Assembly: GCA_963712115.1 (NCBI GenBank)
Contig: CAVQGX010000020.1
Location: 64,001 to 128,000 of the forward strand
Length of the DNA: 64,000 nt
From: an uncultured delta proteobacterium
GTDB taxonomy: Bacteria > Desulfobacterota > Syntrophobacteria > BM002
Direction: 5' to 3'
Shown here: in pieces, positions 20,094-30,965 of the stretch
Position numbering within the stretch: position 1 is the stretch's first letter
How the letters are laid out: each line of letters opens with the position of its first letter
Translations under genes and position numbers: made by a program
Notes under the pieces: model-generated
What the model was told of the DNA's origin: nothing
What the model saw: the letters and a program-made list of their open reading frames with translations, nothing else
The model's database searches: none

Positions 20094-20411
20094 AGGCTGT
20101 TAACCTCCTTGTCTTGAACTCTTATTCTCCAAATGTTATGGCCCTAAATAAAAGCAAACAATACCTCTCCCCGCACCACCTCCTTTCTTTTTTGAGGGTG
20201 GATCTTGATATGGGTGAAGATAAACTTCCGGCAGATTTACTATTTTGCCCTCCGGATTGTCAAGCAAAAAAAAACATATATACTTGGAAACAGTGTATTT
20301 TTTGCTTTTTCAGTGCACCAATCCGCAAGCAATAATCATACCAAGATTGATTAAAGGATTGCTGGCTGGAGAGTGTTAAGGTGGACTATCGAGGGTTTCC
20401 CACAACATATT

Positions 20412-20520
20412 TCCCCTCCCCTGGCGGGAGGGGATAAAGGGGAGGGGAAATAAATAAATTATTGATAACAATGAATGTTTTGCACCCCCACCTTAACCCT
20501 CCCCCGTCGAGGGGGAGGGA
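20412..20520. repeat. REP-like doublet (cccctcccctggcgggagggg family), copy 1
   Basis: tcccctcccctggcgggaggggataaaggggagggg ... cacccccaccttaaccctcccccgtcgagggggaggg; near-identical to 21758-21865. Confidence 0.85.
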
Positions 20521-20771
20521 ATTATGAGGACATCGGACTCCATTTAGAAAGACGATTCATTTTTCTAATCAGATTTGATTGAGAGATTCGTTAATCCTTC
20601 TCAGACCTTGGCTTTTGAAAAGGCTGAGGAAAGAAACATGGGCCATTGCACAGGGAGAGATGTAGACTATTGTATTCATCAGGGTGAGAAAATCTGCATT
20701 TTCCCCTTCACGCCATGGGGATAGAGGGGATAGAGTTGAACCACAAAGTACACAAAGTACACAAAGAGTAA

Positions 20772-20845
20772 GGTTTCAGAGTTCAGTGTTCAGGTTTCAG
20801 CTTCTATATTTTTTCCCTGACACCTGACACCCGAAACCTGAAACC
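20772..20845. repeat. Hairpin of 7-nt units (gtttcag / ctgaaac family)
   Basis: ggtttcagagttcagtgttcaggtttcag ... ctgacacctgacacccgaaacctgaaacc. Confidence 0.78.
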
Positions 20846-20999
20846 GAATAAGGTAAGGGAGGGGCTTCGGTTGAGGAGTTCGGCTGCCCCTCGCTCTCAG
20901 GCGATCCTTTTACCCCCTCCCGAAAGAGCTAGGTGATAGAGCTTGAAACAATCTTTTTAGGTCTTATAATTAGGCTGTAACGAAACGGGAGAGTGGACC

Positions 21000-21554
21000 A
21001 TGTTGAAAAAGAACTTGCTTGTTATCTTGTTGTTGGTCCTTGTTGCCGGGTGCACAACCTGCAAAGGGGTGAAAACCGCTCAAGATGGCGGCACGCCTCC
21101 AATGATCTTGGATTCCTATGCTGCAGAGTCAGTGAGGCCCGGAGCTACCTGGAGGGTTTTTCTCAAAGCCCGGGACCCGGATGGCGACATGCAATCCATA
21201 ATTGCCGAGCTTTCTCAGCCCGGAATTGGCTATTATCCAGTTGATTTTACTTACATAAAAGGAGCCGACCGGGAAGGTTTTGCCGGGTATCTCATTTTGA
21301 GAACCCCGAGAGATTATAATCTGCTCCAGGAATACGTCGAAGTGAAGCTTACACTCCTGGATTGCGAGGCAAACAAGAGTGAACCCGTCAAGTTCACTCT
21401 CAGGTTTGACCTCAAATCCGGCTATGGTCCGCAGGAAGTACCAGAGAAATGGCAAGCAGCAGCCGAACGTAAGCTGGGTACCATAATGGTAGAGATCAGA
21501 AGTGTAGTAGAAGACAACAAGGAGGGAAACGGCCGGAGGCCTGTCTCCCCATAA
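21000..21554 (+). CDS. Hypothetical lipoprotein
   Basis: MLKK + hydrophobic stretch + lipobox VAGC; ggagag RBS. Confidence 0.75.
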   Translation: MLKKNLLVILLLVLVAGCTTCKGVKTAQDGGTPPMILDSYAAESVRPGATWRVFLKARDPDGDMQSIIAELSQPGIGYYPVDFTYIKGADREGFAGYLILRTPRDYNLLQEYVEVKLTLLDCEANKSEPVKFTLRFDLKSGYGPQEVPEKWQAAAERKLGTIMVEIRSVVEDNKEGNGRRPVSP

Positions 21555-21734
21555 AGTGAGATAGAGTTACTCGCAAGCCCTTACATTCGTTACCCGAGGA
21601 CCCTGGAGAAATAGCTCTTTAATAATCAATTCCCCGTGTACAAAAAAGACCCCCATGCAGCGCCCATCCTGATTGACAAGTCTTGTGAATGATGGTACTT
21701 AGTCAAAAGATTAAATTGCATCTTTTCATATAAA

Positions 21735-21893
21735 AAGAGCCTGCCGGACAAGCCCTGTCCCCTCCCCTGGCGGGAGGGGATAAAGGGGAGGGGGGAATAT
21801 AAAATAGCTGAAAATACACTTTATTTTTTCACCCCCACCCTAACCCTCCCCCGTCAAGGGGGAGGAGATTATAAAGTTATCGCACAGGCTCTT
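21735..21893. mobile_element. MITE-like element enclosing REP-like doublet copy 2
   Basis: Ends aagagcctgccggacaa / ttatcgcacaggctctt are imperfect inverted repeats around the doublet at 21758-21865. Confidence 0.65.
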
Positions 21894-21958
21894 AAATGTT
21901 GTTGGGGACAAGCCCAGCAGAGGATAGGTTTTTTCTTTGGTCGGGAGCGCTAAATTAA

Positions 21959-23539
21959 ATGAAGATCTTGGTGAGTGACCCCCTCCACGAGAAAGGTATT
22001 GATGTCCTGGAAAAAACGGAGGGCTTCGAGGTAGAGGTGGACACCAGCCTCACCCACGAGGAATTATTGGGCATAATAAAGAATTACCATGCCCTGGTTA
22101 TCCGCAGCTCCACCAAGGTTACAGAAGAGGTCATAGAGGCGGCTGACCGGCTCAGAGTAATCGGCCGGGCCGGCATAGGTTTGGACAATGTGGACATCGG
22201 GGCTGCCAGCAAGCGCGGGATCGTAGTGATGAACACCCCTGACGGCAATGTGATCACCACAGCCGAACATGCCGTGGCCATGCTCATGGCCCTCAGCCGC
22301 AACATACCTCAGGCTGTGGCTTCAATGAGATCGCGCAAATGGGAAAAAAAGTTGTTTCGGGGCAAGGAGTTGTTCAACAAAACCTTGGGTGTAATCGGTA
22401 TCGGACGCATTGGCAGAATAGTTGCCGACCGGGCCCGGGGCATGAAAATGAACATTGTTGCCTACGATCCTTACATACCTGCAGAGAGCATAGAGAAAAT
22501 GGGGGTAGAACCGGTTAGCCTCGATGGACTCCTGGCCCGCTCTGACTTTATTACGGTTCACACCCCTTTTACCCAGGAAACGCGCAACCTGATCAACCGT
22601 GAGTGTTTCGCCAAGATGAAGAGGGGCGTTCTCCTGGTGAACTGCGCCCGAGGTGGTATCGTCAACGAGCATGATCTCTACGAGGCGCTGAAGGAGGGTA
22701 TAGTAGCGGGAGCTGCCCTGGATGTATTCGAGAAAGAGCCCCCGGGGGACAACCCTTTGCTGGACCTGGACAATGTTATAGCCACGCCTCACCTTGGGGC
22801 CTCGACAGATGAGGCTCAGGAGAATGTGGCCGTGGCCGTGGCCGGCCAGATCATTGATTACCTCAAGAGAGGTACGGTTCGTAACGCGGTGAATGTCCCG
22901 TCAGTAGATGGGGAGGTGCTGGTCAGGCTCCGCCCCTACCTGACCTTGGCGGAAAGATTGGGCAGCCTACTGGGCCAGATCACCAAAGGGGGTATCTTGG
23001 AGGTGGCCGTTGATTATATCGGTGAACTGGCCAAATATGACACGGTGCCCCTTACGGTGTCACTCACCAAGGGGGTGCTAACACCCGTTGTGGGTGATGA
23101 GGTGAACTTTGTCAACGCCCCGGTGCTCGCCAGGGAGCGGGACATCAAAATAAGTGAATCCAAACGGAGCGAGGCGGAGGATTTCACCAGTCTCATCACC
23201 GTGAGGATGAAGACAACCGAGCGCGAAAACACAGTCTCGGGGACTACCTTCGGCAAACAGGACCCCCGCATTGTGCGGATCAATGATTTTCGCCTGGAGG
23301 CACCCCTTGAGGGGCATCTTTTGTTGATCTACAATATAGACACCCCCGGGACCATAGGTGCAATAGGCACCTGTCTCGGGCAACACCGCATCAACATTGC
23401 AACCATGGATGTGGGTCAGGTCATTGAACAAGGTCAAAACATCATTATGATGCGAACCGATACACCAGTGCCCGTCGAGGTTCAAGAAGAGTTGCTCGGG
23501 TTGGGAAATGTGATGTTTGTCCAGAGACTGGAACTCTAG
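21959..23539 (+). CDS. serA: D-3-phosphoglycerate dehydrogenase (type I, with ASB and ACT domains)
   Basis: RAGIGLDNVD, GIGRIG, NCARGG and TPHLGAST motifs. Confidence 0.97.
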   Translation: MKILVSDPLHEKGIDVLEKTEGFEVEVDTSLTHEELLGIIKNYHALVIRSSTKVTEEVIEAADRLRVIGRAGIGLDNVDIGAASKRGIVVMNTPDGNVITTAEHAVAMLMALSRNIPQAVASMRSRKWEKKLFRGKELFNKTLGVIGIGRIGRIVADRARGMKMNIVAYDPYIPAESIEKMGVEPVSLDGLLARSDFITVHTPFTQETRNLINRECFAKMKRGVLLVNCARGGIVNEHDLYEALKEGIVAGAALDVFEKEPPGDNPLLDLDNVIATPHLGASTDEAQENVAVAVAGQIIDYLKRGTVRNAVNVPSVDGEVLVRLRPYLTLAERLGSLLGQITKGGILEVAVDYIGELAKYDTVPLTVSLTKGVLTPVVGDEVNFVNAPVLARERDIKISESKRSEAEDFTSLITVRMKTTERENTVSGTTFGKQDPRIVRINDFRLEAPLEGHLLLIYNIDTPGTIGAIGTCLGQHRINIATMDVGQVIEQGQNIIMMRTDTPVPVEVQEELLGLGNVMFVQRLEL

Positions 23540-23542
23540 AAA

Positions 23543-23642
23543 GACAGACGCGGAGACACGGAGATACGGAGACACGGGGTGAGACCGAGTGACGGCGAAA
23601 GAAATATTACATACTCTCGCCGCGTCACCCCTTCGCCGTGTC
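23543..23642. repeat. GACRCGGN-family hairpin, empty copy
   Basis: gacgcgga gacacgga gatacgga gacacggg ... tcgccgcgtcaccccttcgccgtgtc, with a short AT-rich loop. Confidence 0.8.
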
Positions 23643-23725
23643 GGTGACAATGGACAGGCAATGGGGAAGGGGAATTAGAATAGCTGCCAGAAGTTTCGAG
23701 ATTGAAACCAAAGGGGTATGAAAAC

Positions 23726-24154
23726 ATGGCTGATGAAGAAATTGAAGGCAAGGGTTTTGTTATAAAGGACCGCCGTCGTTTTACCGAAGAGGGTGAACCA
23801 AAGCAAGAGACGGGTCCCGAAGAACAAGCTGAGGAACCAGAAGCCAGTACCCAGGAGAAAGCTGAGGACAGGGCAAAAGAGGAGGAGAAGGTAACTGAGG
23901 AAATGCCTTTCCCGGAGATAAATTTCTCTACCTTTGTTTTTTCACTTAACACCTCGGCCCTCCTCCACCTGGGCGAGATTCCTGATCCGGCCACGGGCAA
24001 GCAACAAGAAGACCTGGCCATGGCTAAACAGACTATCGACTTGATTGCAATGCTGCAAGAGAAAACCCAGGGCAATCTCGCGCCGGACGAAGAAAATCTG
24101 GTTAAGCACATCCTGTACGATTTACGGCTGCGCTATGTCCAAAAAGCCAAATAG
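23726..24154 (+). CDS. DUF1844 family protein
   Basis: DRRRF, FSTFVFSL, LGEIPDP, AKQTIDL-MLQEKT-GNL and LYDLR motifs. Confidence 0.88.
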   Translation: MADEEIEGKGFVIKDRRRFTEEGEPKQETGPEEQAEEPEASTQEKAEDRAKEEEKVTEEMPFPEINFSTFVFSLNTSALLHLGEIPDPATGKQQEDLAMAKQTIDLIAMLQEKTQGNLAPDEENLVKHILYDLRLRYVQKAK

Positions 24155-25091
24155 CGCTGTCTCGATCATTGCAGAGGCTCCAGCCAAAATAAATCTAGGC
24201 CTGCAAGTTCTGGGTAAACGCCCGGACGGGTATCACAGTTTAGTGTCTCTCATGGTCCCGGTGAGCCTTTGTGATGAGTTGCGGGTCGAATTGAACCCGA
24301 GGGAAATTGAATTACACTGCCCCAACAGTGATCTGCCGACAAACGAAGAGAACCTGGTGTACCGGGCGGCTAAGCTCGCCCTGAATGAGTGTAGGTGGGA
24401 TGGGGGAGTGCGAATTGAGCTGAGCAAAAATATTCCGGAGGGTGCAGGGCTTGGAGGCGGCAGTAGCGACGCGGCTGCAACCCTACTTGCTGTAAACCAA
24501 TTGCTGGGCAGCCCTATGGACCATGCGGATCTGCACCGTCTCGCCGCTAACCTGGGTGCGGATGTTCCATTCTTTCTTCTGGGTCGGTGGGCAGTGGCTG
24601 AAGGGATAGGGGATATTCTCTACCCAGTGGAAAATGTACCGACATTATGGACAGTGCTGCTATATCCTAATTTGCAGATTTCTACCCGTTGGGCTTACGA
24701 GAATTTGACATTGACAAGCAGGGCAAATGGGTCTAAATTCAACATTCTTGGAGACACTTATGCGGGAGAGATGACCGCTTCCCACCAGAAACTTCTAGAT
24801 CGGCAAGGGCTTGCACTAGAGGATATACTTCCTCTGTTGGTCAATGATTTTGAACCACTGGTTTTCGGTCACTATCCACAGCTCCATGACTTAAAGAATT
24901 CTCTGCTGGCGGCGGGTGCCAAGGCAGTCCCCATGACTGGGAGCGGGCCTACTTTGGTTGGCCTTTTCCGCTCTGAGGAAGAGGCCCGTGAGGCCCATTA
25001 TTTGCTGCGGCGCAAAAAAGATATTACAACTTTTGTCGCGCACACTTTGGACACTGCGAAATTGCTGGCGAGCAGAGCGCAAAGAGCATAG
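24135..25091 (+). CDS. ispE: 4-diphosphocytidyl-2-C-methyl-D-erythritol kinase
   Basis: [34 protein letters not shown] and MTGSG motifs. Confidence 0.95.
   Translation: MSKKPNSAVSIIAEAPAKINLGLQVLGKRPDGYHSLVSLMVPVSLCDELRVELNPREIELHCPNSDLPTNEENLVYRAAKLALNECRWDGGVRIELSKNIPEGAGLGGGSSDAAATLLAVNQLLGSPMDHADLHRLAANLGADVPFFLLGRWAVAEGIGDILYPVENVPTLWTVLLYPNLQISTRWAYENLTLTSRANGSKFNILGDTYAGEMTASHQKLLDRQGLALEDILPLLVNDFEPLVFGHYPQLHDLKNSLLAAGAKAVPMTGSGPTLVGLFRSEEEAREAHYLLRRKKDITTFVAHTLDTAKLLASRAQRA
24711..24739 (+). promoter_or_regulatory. Possible sigma70 promoter inside ispE for prs-rplY-pth
   Basis: TTGACA (24711) - 17 nt - TAAATT (24734). Confidence 0.4.
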
Positions 25092-25161
25092 CGTTGAGAA
25101 GAAGTATTTTTCGCTCAGACTCTTGGCGCTATCGCCATGCGAGATTATTTGGTTTTTGTTT

Positions 25162-26109
25162 ATGATATTGGACCGTCTTAAACTGTTTGGTGGCAATTCC
25201 AATCCTGAGCTGACTGCCAAGATCTGCGAGCACCTGCAGATCCCTCAGGGAAAGTCTGTAGTTAAGACCTTCAGCGACGGTGAAATAATGGTTGAAATCG
25301 GTGAGAACGTCCGTGGCAGGGACGTTTTCGTAATCCAGTCCACCTGCGCACCGGTGAACCACAACCTAATGGAGTTGTTGGTAATAATGGACGCACTGAA
25401 ACGGGCGTCGGCCTGGCGAATTACCCCGGTATTACCCTACTATGGCTACGCCCGCCAGGATACCAAGGTGCTGCCCCGGGTGCCCATTAGCGCCAAACTG
25501 GTTGCTGACCTGATCACGGTTGCGGGTGGCCACAGATTGATTTGTTTGGACTTGCACGCCAATCAGATTCAAGGTTTTTTCAACATCCCAGTGGACAACC
25601 TCTTTGCAGCGCCAGTTCTGCTCGAATACCTAAGACAGCATTTCAACAACGAGCTGGTTATTGTCTCCCCCGATGCTGGCGGGGTGGAAAGGGCCCGAGC
25701 CTTTGCCAAGAGGCTAAATGCCAGCCTGGCCATTATTGACAAACGAAGGGACGAAGGGCAGCAGGAGGTTAAGGCCATGCAGGTGGTTGGTGATGTCAAG
25801 GGCAAGCCGACCATTATCGTGGATGATATGGTGGACACGGGAGGCACCCTTACCGAGGCGGCCAAAGCTCTGACCGAAAACGGGGCTGCTTCTATCAACG
25901 CTTGTTGCACCCACGCGGTCCTGTCAGGAAAAGCAGTCGAGTCCATTGAAAAATCGAATATCGAAAGTTTGATTGTCACTGACAGTATCCCTATCAAGCC
26001 TGAAGCGAAGGGTTGCAAAAAGATCAAGGTACTAACGGTGGCCAACTTGCTTGGGGAGGCGATCAAGCGGGCTCACCTGAATGATTCGGTAAGTTCGCTC
26101 TTTGTTTGA
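25162..26109 (+). CDS. prs: Ribose-phosphate pyrophosphokinase
   Basis: [25 protein letters not shown] and [10 protein letters not shown] motifs. Confidence 0.97.
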   Translation: MILDRLKLFGGNSNPELTAKICEHLQIPQGKSVVKTFSDGEIMVEIGENVRGRDVFVIQSTCAPVNHNLMELLVIMDALKRASAWRITPVLPYYGYARQDTKVLPRVPISAKLVADLITVAGGHRLICLDLHANQIQGFFNIPVDNLFAAPVLLEYLRQHFNNELVIVSPDAGGVERARAFAKRLNASLAIIDKRRDEGQQEVKAMQVVGDVKGKPTIIVDDMVDTGGTLTEAAKALTENGAASINACCTHAVLSGKAVESIEKSNIESLIVTDSIPIKPEAKGCKKIKVLTVANLLGEAIKRAHLNDSVSSLFV

Positions 26110-26113
26110 TTTC

Positions 26114-26244
26114 GTCAAATCGAGAATTAGTCGATTCGTCAAATAGTCATACTTACATTAGTTTGTCTGCACGGTCCTATGAATCCGGTCACTTTGGGCT
26201 TCACCTCTAACTATTTGACTATCTAACGAATTGACAATTTGACT
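26114..26244. repeat. Hairpin of 8-nt units (gtcaaatN / Natttgac family)
   Basis: gtcaaatc gagaatta gtcgattc gtcaaata gtca ... ctaactat ttgactat ctaacgaa ttgacaat ttgact. Confidence 0.7.
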
Positions 26245-26261
26245 AAAAATGGAGGAAATAA

Positions 26262-26933
26262 ATGGCTCACGTAGCGCTCACTGCGCAATCGCGAAAAGGA
26301 ACTGGTAAAGGTGCGGCCCGTACCCTACGGCGCCAGGCCTTGATACCAGCAGTCTTTTATGGTCCTGAGGTCGACCCTGTAAACCTGAGTCTCAAGTATC
26401 GGGATTTGGAGAAGCTAATTAAGACTGGGGCAGGTGAAAACGTTATAATTGATCTAGCAATAGAGACTGGCGAGTCTACTTTAAGCCACAGGGCGATGCT
26501 CAAAGAAATTCAGATGGATCCAGTGAAACAGACTATTCTGCACGTGGATCTCTATGAAATCTCCATGGACAAAAAGATAGAGGTAGAGGTGCCGATAACC
26601 CTAACAGGCACGGCCAAGGGTGTGTCCGACGAGGGCGGCATTCTTCAGCAGGTGAGCAGAACACTCGAGATCTCGTGTCTGCCGGACAATATACCCGATT
26701 CTTTTGAACTGGACGTAACCGACCTTAACATAGGCGACTCTTTGCATGTGAGTGATCTGAAGATTCCCCAAGACATAGAGGTTTTGGTGGAGGGGGAGCT
26801 TACCATTGCCACCGTGGTACCACCCACGAAGGTTGAAGAAATAGAACCAGAGGTTCCAGAAGAAGAGGAAGAACGAGAGGAGGTGGAAGCAGAAGAGGTA
26901 GCCGAAACCGAGGAAGAGGGGGAAAAAGAGTAG
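26262..26933 (+). CDS. rplY: 50S ribosomal protein L25/Ctc
   Basis: GKGAARTLRR-IPAVFYG and HVD motifs; acidic tail; prs-rplY-pth synteny. Confidence 0.96.
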   Translation: MAHVALTAQSRKGTGKGAARTLRRQALIPAVFYGPEVDPVNLSLKYRDLEKLIKTGAGENVIIDLAIETGESTLSHRAMLKEIQMDPVKQTILHVDLYEISMDKKIEVEVPITLTGTAKGVSDEGGILQQVSRTLEISCLPDNIPDSFELDVTDLNIGDSLHVSDLKIPQDIEVLVEGELTIATVVPPTKVEEIEPEVPEEEEEREEVEAEEVAETEEEGEKE

Positions 26934-26973
26934 CCCATGGTAATGGCCGGTTGCACGGCCATGGAGCAAGTTT

Positions 26974-27546
26974 GTGCATCTCGTGGTGGGACTTGGAAAT
27001 CCAGGAAAGACCTACGAGCACACACGCCACAATGTAGGATTCATGGTTGTGGATCGGTTGGCTGGGGCCCACTTCATTACGGTTACGGGGAAACGGTTTT
27101 TCAGCCTCTGGGGCAGAGGTGATATTGCCGGTAACAAGGTGATCCTGGCCAAACCGCAGGCTTTCATGAATCGGAGTGGCCAGGGGGTGCATGCCCTGAT
27201 GGCTTACTTTAAGCTTGCTGTGAAAGACTTGCTGGTAATCCACGATGATTTGGACGTGGATTTCGGTAGAATAAAGATCGTTCACGGCGGCGGAGATGGC
27301 GGACACCGGGGGGTGCAGTCCATTCACCAGGCACTGGGGGAAGACCGTTATGCCAGAGTTAAACTGGGAATTGGCAGGCCGCGATTTGGTGAGGTGGTAG
27401 AGGATTATGTGCTGAGCCCTTGGTACGAGGACCAGAGGGATCAGATAGTCGAGATAGTAGACTCTGCTGCTGCGGCTGTCACTGCCATTTTGGTTAATGG
27501 CCTGGAAAGGGCCATGACCGAGTTCAACTCGAAGCAAGTCCCCTAA
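26974..27546 (+). CDS. pth: Peptidyl-tRNA hydrolase
   Basis: VGLGNPG-Y-TRHNVGF, HDDLD and GGHRG motifs. Confidence 0.97.
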   Translation: MHLVVGLGNPGKTYEHTRHNVGFMVVDRLAGAHFITVTGKRFFSLWGRGDIAGNKVILAKPQAFMNRSGQGVHALMAYFKLAVKDLLVIHDDLDVDFGRIKIVHGGGDGGHRGVQSIHQALGEDRYARVKLGIGRPRFGEVVEDYVLSPWYEDQRDQIVEIVDSAAAAVTAILVNGLERAMTEFNSKQVP

Positions 27547-27616
27547 CCTGCAGTTCAAGTTTTTTTTAAACCACTAATACGTTACTTTTGGCACAAACTA
27601 ATGGGAGGTAACAGGT

Positions 27617-29626
27617 ATGGAAAACTGGGTAAACTATGCACCGTTTTTTGGCGTAGCGGGGGTGATCTTCGCATTTTTCCTGTTCGCCTACGTCAAGTCT
27701 TTTCCCAGCGGCAACGAAGTCATGATAGATCTCGAGGACCAGATCAACAAGGGCGCCATGGCATTCCTGAAAAGGGAATACTCCATCCTGGTGATTTTTA
27801 TTGCCGTGGTTTTCGCGCTCCTCTGGTATGGCATCAACTGGCAGACTGCAGTAGCCTTTGTCACGGGCGCGATCTGCTCGGGCGTTGCCGGCTTTTCCGG
27901 CATGAGCGCTGCCACCCGGGCCAACTCGCGTACGGCCGCGGCAGCCAATGAGTTCGGTATGGCCAAGGCCCTCAACGTCTCCTACTTCGGCGGGGCGGTC
28001 ATGGGTGTGGCGGTGGCCAGCCTGGGGTTGCTGGGTGTGGGCATCTGGTACTATTTCGTCGGCCACAACCCTGCTACCGCAAACATCATCAACGGCTTTG
28101 CCATGGGTGCCAGCTCCATCGCCCTTTTTGCCCGTATGGGGGGCGGTATCTTCACCAAGGCGGCTGACGTGGGTGCCGACCTGGTGGGCAAGGTGGAAGC
28201 CGGCATTCCCGAGGACGACCCCAGAAACCCCGGTGTCATCGCCGACAACGTGGGAGACAACGTGGGTGACATCGCCGGCATGGGCGCCGACATCTTTGAA
28301 TCCTATGTGGGCGCTATCATCGCCACCATCGCCATTGCTGCCACCATGGTGATGCCGGCTGAGTCTGAAAATTTGCGCTCCGCTTACATGGTCTGCCCTC
28401 TGCTGGTGGTCATGGGCGGTCTGGTGGCCTCTTTCTTTGGGATCATGTCCATCAAAATCTTCCAGACCATTTCACCCCAGGCGGCACTGCGCTACACTAC
28501 CTTTGTGGCTGCGGCCATTCTCATTGCCTTGACCTACTACATCGTCAAGACCCTAGGGCTGCCCACCGGGGTTTTCTATGCGGTCATTTCCGGCCTTTTC
28601 TGCGGCATTGTCATCGGGCTATTGGCGGAGTACTACACCTCCATGGGACCGGTGAAGAAGATCGCCGCGCAGTCCGAGACCGGACCGGCCACGGTGCTCA
28701 TTGCCGGCCTGGCTGTGGGCATGGAGAGCACGGCCCTGCCCGTTCTCGGCATCTGCCTTGCTACCTTCATCGCCTACAAGACCGGCGGGATTTACGGTAT
28801 CGGCATTTCCGCCGTGGGCATGCTCTCCACCGTGGGGGCCACCATGACGGTGGATGCTTACGGCCCCATTGCTGACAATGCCGGCGGCATCTCCGAGATG
28901 GCCGGCCTGGGACCTGAGACCCGCAAGATCACCGACACCTTGGATGCCCTGGGCAATACCACCGCCGCCATCGGCAAGGGCTTTGCCATCGGCGCCGCGG
29001 CGCTCACTGCGGTCTCCCTCTTTGTTGCCTATACCCAGGCGGTGGGCCTCGAGATCATCAACATCACCGATCCCATGGTGATCATCGGGGTTTTGATCGG
29101 TGCCATTGTGCCCTTTATCGTAGCGGCGCTCACCATGACCGCGGTGGGTTCTGCCGCCTTTGACATGGTGGAAGAAATCCGCCGCCAGTTCCGGGAAATC
29201 CCCGGGTTGATGGAGGGCGAGGCCAAGCCCGACTCGGCCAGGTGTGTGGATATTGCCACCAAGGGCGCGCTCAAGCGCATGATGCTCCCGGGACTCATCG
29301 GCGTGGCCACGCCTCTGGCGGTGGGAATGCTCATCGGCCCGAGGGCCCTTGGCGGAGTGCTGGTTGGCTGTACGGCAACCGGTGTGTGCATGGCCCTTTT
29401 CATGTCCAATGGCGGTGGCGCCTGGGACAATGCCAAGAAGTATATTGAGGCGGGTCATTACGGCGGCAAGGGTTCGGACAATCACAAGGCTGCTGTTGTG
29501 GGCGACACTGTAGGCGATCCTTTCAAGGATACCTCCGGACCCACCATGAACATCCTGATCAAGTTGGTCTCAGTGGTTTCGCTGGTTAGTGCACCGGTGT
29601 TAATCATGATCCACGGAATCCAGTAG
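27617..29626 (+). CDS. hppA: Membrane-bound K+-dependent pyrophosphatase, probably Na+-translocating
   Basis: [32 protein letters not shown] (Ala of the K+-dependent type) and [10 protein letters not shown] motifs. Confidence 0.93.
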   Translation: MENWVNYAPFFGVAGVIFAFFLFAYVKSFPSGNEVMIDLEDQINKGAMAFLKREYSILVIFIAVVFALLWYGINWQTAVAFVTGAICSGVAGFSGMSAATRANSRTAAAANEFGMAKALNVSYFGGAVMGVAVASLGLLGVGIWYYFVGHNPATANIINGFAMGASSIALFARMGGGIFTKAADVGADLVGKVEAGIPEDDPRNPGVIADNVGDNVGDIAGMGADIFESYVGAIIATIAIAATMVMPAESENLRSAYMVCPLLVVMGGLVASFFGIMSIKIFQTISPQAALRYTTFVAAAILIALTYYIVKTLGLPTGVFYAVISGLFCGIVIGLLAEYYTSMGPVKKIAAQSETGPATVLIAGLAVGMESTALPVLGICLATFIAYKTGGIYGIGISAVGMLSTVGATMTVDAYGPIADNAGGISEMAGLGPETRKITDTLDALGNTTAAIGKGFAIGAAALTAVSLFVAYTQAVGLEIINITDPMVIIGVLIGAIVPFIVAALTMTAVGSAAFDMVEEIRRQFREIPGLMEGEAKPDSARCVDIATKGALKRMMLPGLIGVATPLAVGMLIGPRALGGVLVGCTATGVCMALFMSNGGGAWDNAKKYIEAGHYGGKGSDNHKAAVVGDTVGDPFKDTSGPTMNILIKLVSVVSLVSAPVLIMIHGIQ

Positions 29627-29671
29627 TGGGCAGATGACGGGAATCTGATCCCACTATCTGAAGAAAAGTAG

Positions 29672-29705
29672 AAGGGGGCGGCATATCAAGCCGCCCCTTT
29701 TTTTT
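29672..29705 (+). terminator. Intrinsic terminator after hppA
   Basis: ggggcggc-loop-gccgcccc followed by T8. Confidence 0.85.
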
Positions 29706-29734
29706 GCAAGGATGTCAAGGCGGGTTACCACTGA

Positions 29735-30030
29735 GAGCATTATGCACCACAAAGGACACAACTGAGGCATAGAGCATGGTGCCAGGGGCACAAGGCGCAG
29801 GGCGCAAGGCGATTCGGGTCACTACGCGTCGCTGTCATTAGGTCATTACGCTGCGCTGTCATTTATTGTAAGAGGTAGAGGACCAGAATATTTAGGATTG
29901 CGAAACCGGGAACCCGCCCAAAGGGTGGGAGTCCGAAGGACAATTTCGAATTTGGGAATTATGGCGTTGTGATTTGGTCGAGTCCGGCGAAGCCGGATGA
30001 TAGAACGATTTGAGCAACGGACGGCACTGC
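29735..30030. repeat. Composite cluster of repeat half-arms and small palindromes
   Basis: accacaaaggacac; gcatagagcatgg..ggcacaaggcgcagggcgcaaggcg; (ggtcaYtacgc..cgctgtcatt)x2; tttaggattgcgaa[..gggaacccgcccaaagggtgggagtcc..]tttcgaatttggg; tccggcgaagccgga. Confidence 0.6.
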
Positions 30031-30327
30031 CACTTTTGCCTTTGAGGAGACGGCTGATAATGGTATCATTTTATGTTACAATACAGTGAATATATCCCCA
30101 CACCCTTCATTCTGCAAAAGGCGGCCCCTGTCTGGGCCCCAGAGGGGCTTGTGCGGACAAATTTGAGCAATAGAATCGTAACGCCATACAGATCTTTCGC
30201 AAGGGATTATTCATTATAGCTCTGGCCAGACACTCTGCAACGAGATGGTTTGGAGGCTGTCCTCGATTTCTAAGTCCAGGCTTTCTGATCTGCTGGCAGT
30301 TATTTTTGCAGGAGGATTAAACCAGTC

Positions 30328-30810
30328 ATGTTTAAGGTTGGTGACCTAGCTGTGTATCCAGCCCATGGGGTTGGGGTGATCGAGTCCATCGAGAGCAAAT
30401 GGATTTCTGGCAACAAGCAAGAATTCTATATCATGCGCATTCTGGACAACGGCATGATTATCATGATTCCTCTCGATAACGTGAACCACGTGGGGTTGCG
30501 GCAGGTGATAGATGCTGCTCAGGTTCCGAAGATATTCGAGATCTTAAAGGAAAAAGAGGTTGAGCCGGACAACCAGACTTGGAATCGGCGCTATCGTGAA
30601 TATATGGAGAAGATTAAAACCGGTTCTGTTTACGAATTGGCCGAGGTTTTGCGCGATCTCTTTATCCTCCGTGAGGATAAAGAGCTTTCCTTTGGCGAGC
30701 GAAAGATGATGGACACCGCCCGCAGTCTGCTGGTGAAGGAGATATCGATAGCCCAAGATCAAGATGAGAACCAGGTAGAGGAAGACATCCAGGGTATTTT
30801 CGGCTCTTGA
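30328..30810 (+). CDS. carD: CarD family transcriptional regulator
   Basis: FKVGDLAVYPAHGVG, WNRRYRE and LSFGERKM motifs. Confidence 0.95.
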   Translation: MFKVGDLAVYPAHGVGVIESIESKWISGNKQEFYIMRILDNGMIIMIPLDNVNHVGLRQVIDAAQVPKIFEILKEKEVEPDNQTWNRRYREYMEKIKTGSVYELAEVLRDLFILREDKELSFGERKMMDTARSLLVKEISIAQDQDENQVEEDIQGIFGS

Positions 30811-30852
30811 GAGGGGCTCGCACCTGGCGACAATTATGGGTTTCGCTCAGAC

Positions 30853-30933
30853 TGGAATGTTGGAATGATGGAAAGGTAGGGAAAGCCATATTTTTTCCAT
30901 TATTCGAGTATTCCAATTGGGGCGAAGCCCCAA
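30853..30933. repeat. tggaatNN-family hairpin, copy 2, capped by a ttggggcgaagccccaa mini-hairpin
   Basis: tggaatgttggaatgatggaa ... ttccattattcgagtattcca. Confidence 0.7.
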
Positions 30934-30965
30934 GTTAATAAGTTAAGAAAGGAGGTGATTGAAGA

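Noticed and set aside
21673-21701. sigma70 promoter for serA (TTGACA at 21673)
   Set aside because: The -10 element (TACTTA) lacks the conserved final T; too weak to call.
27566-29485. Long antisense ORFs over hppA (also over purH, serA and the porin)
   Set aside because: Expected by-product of high GC3 codon bias; no RBS or recognisable motifs.
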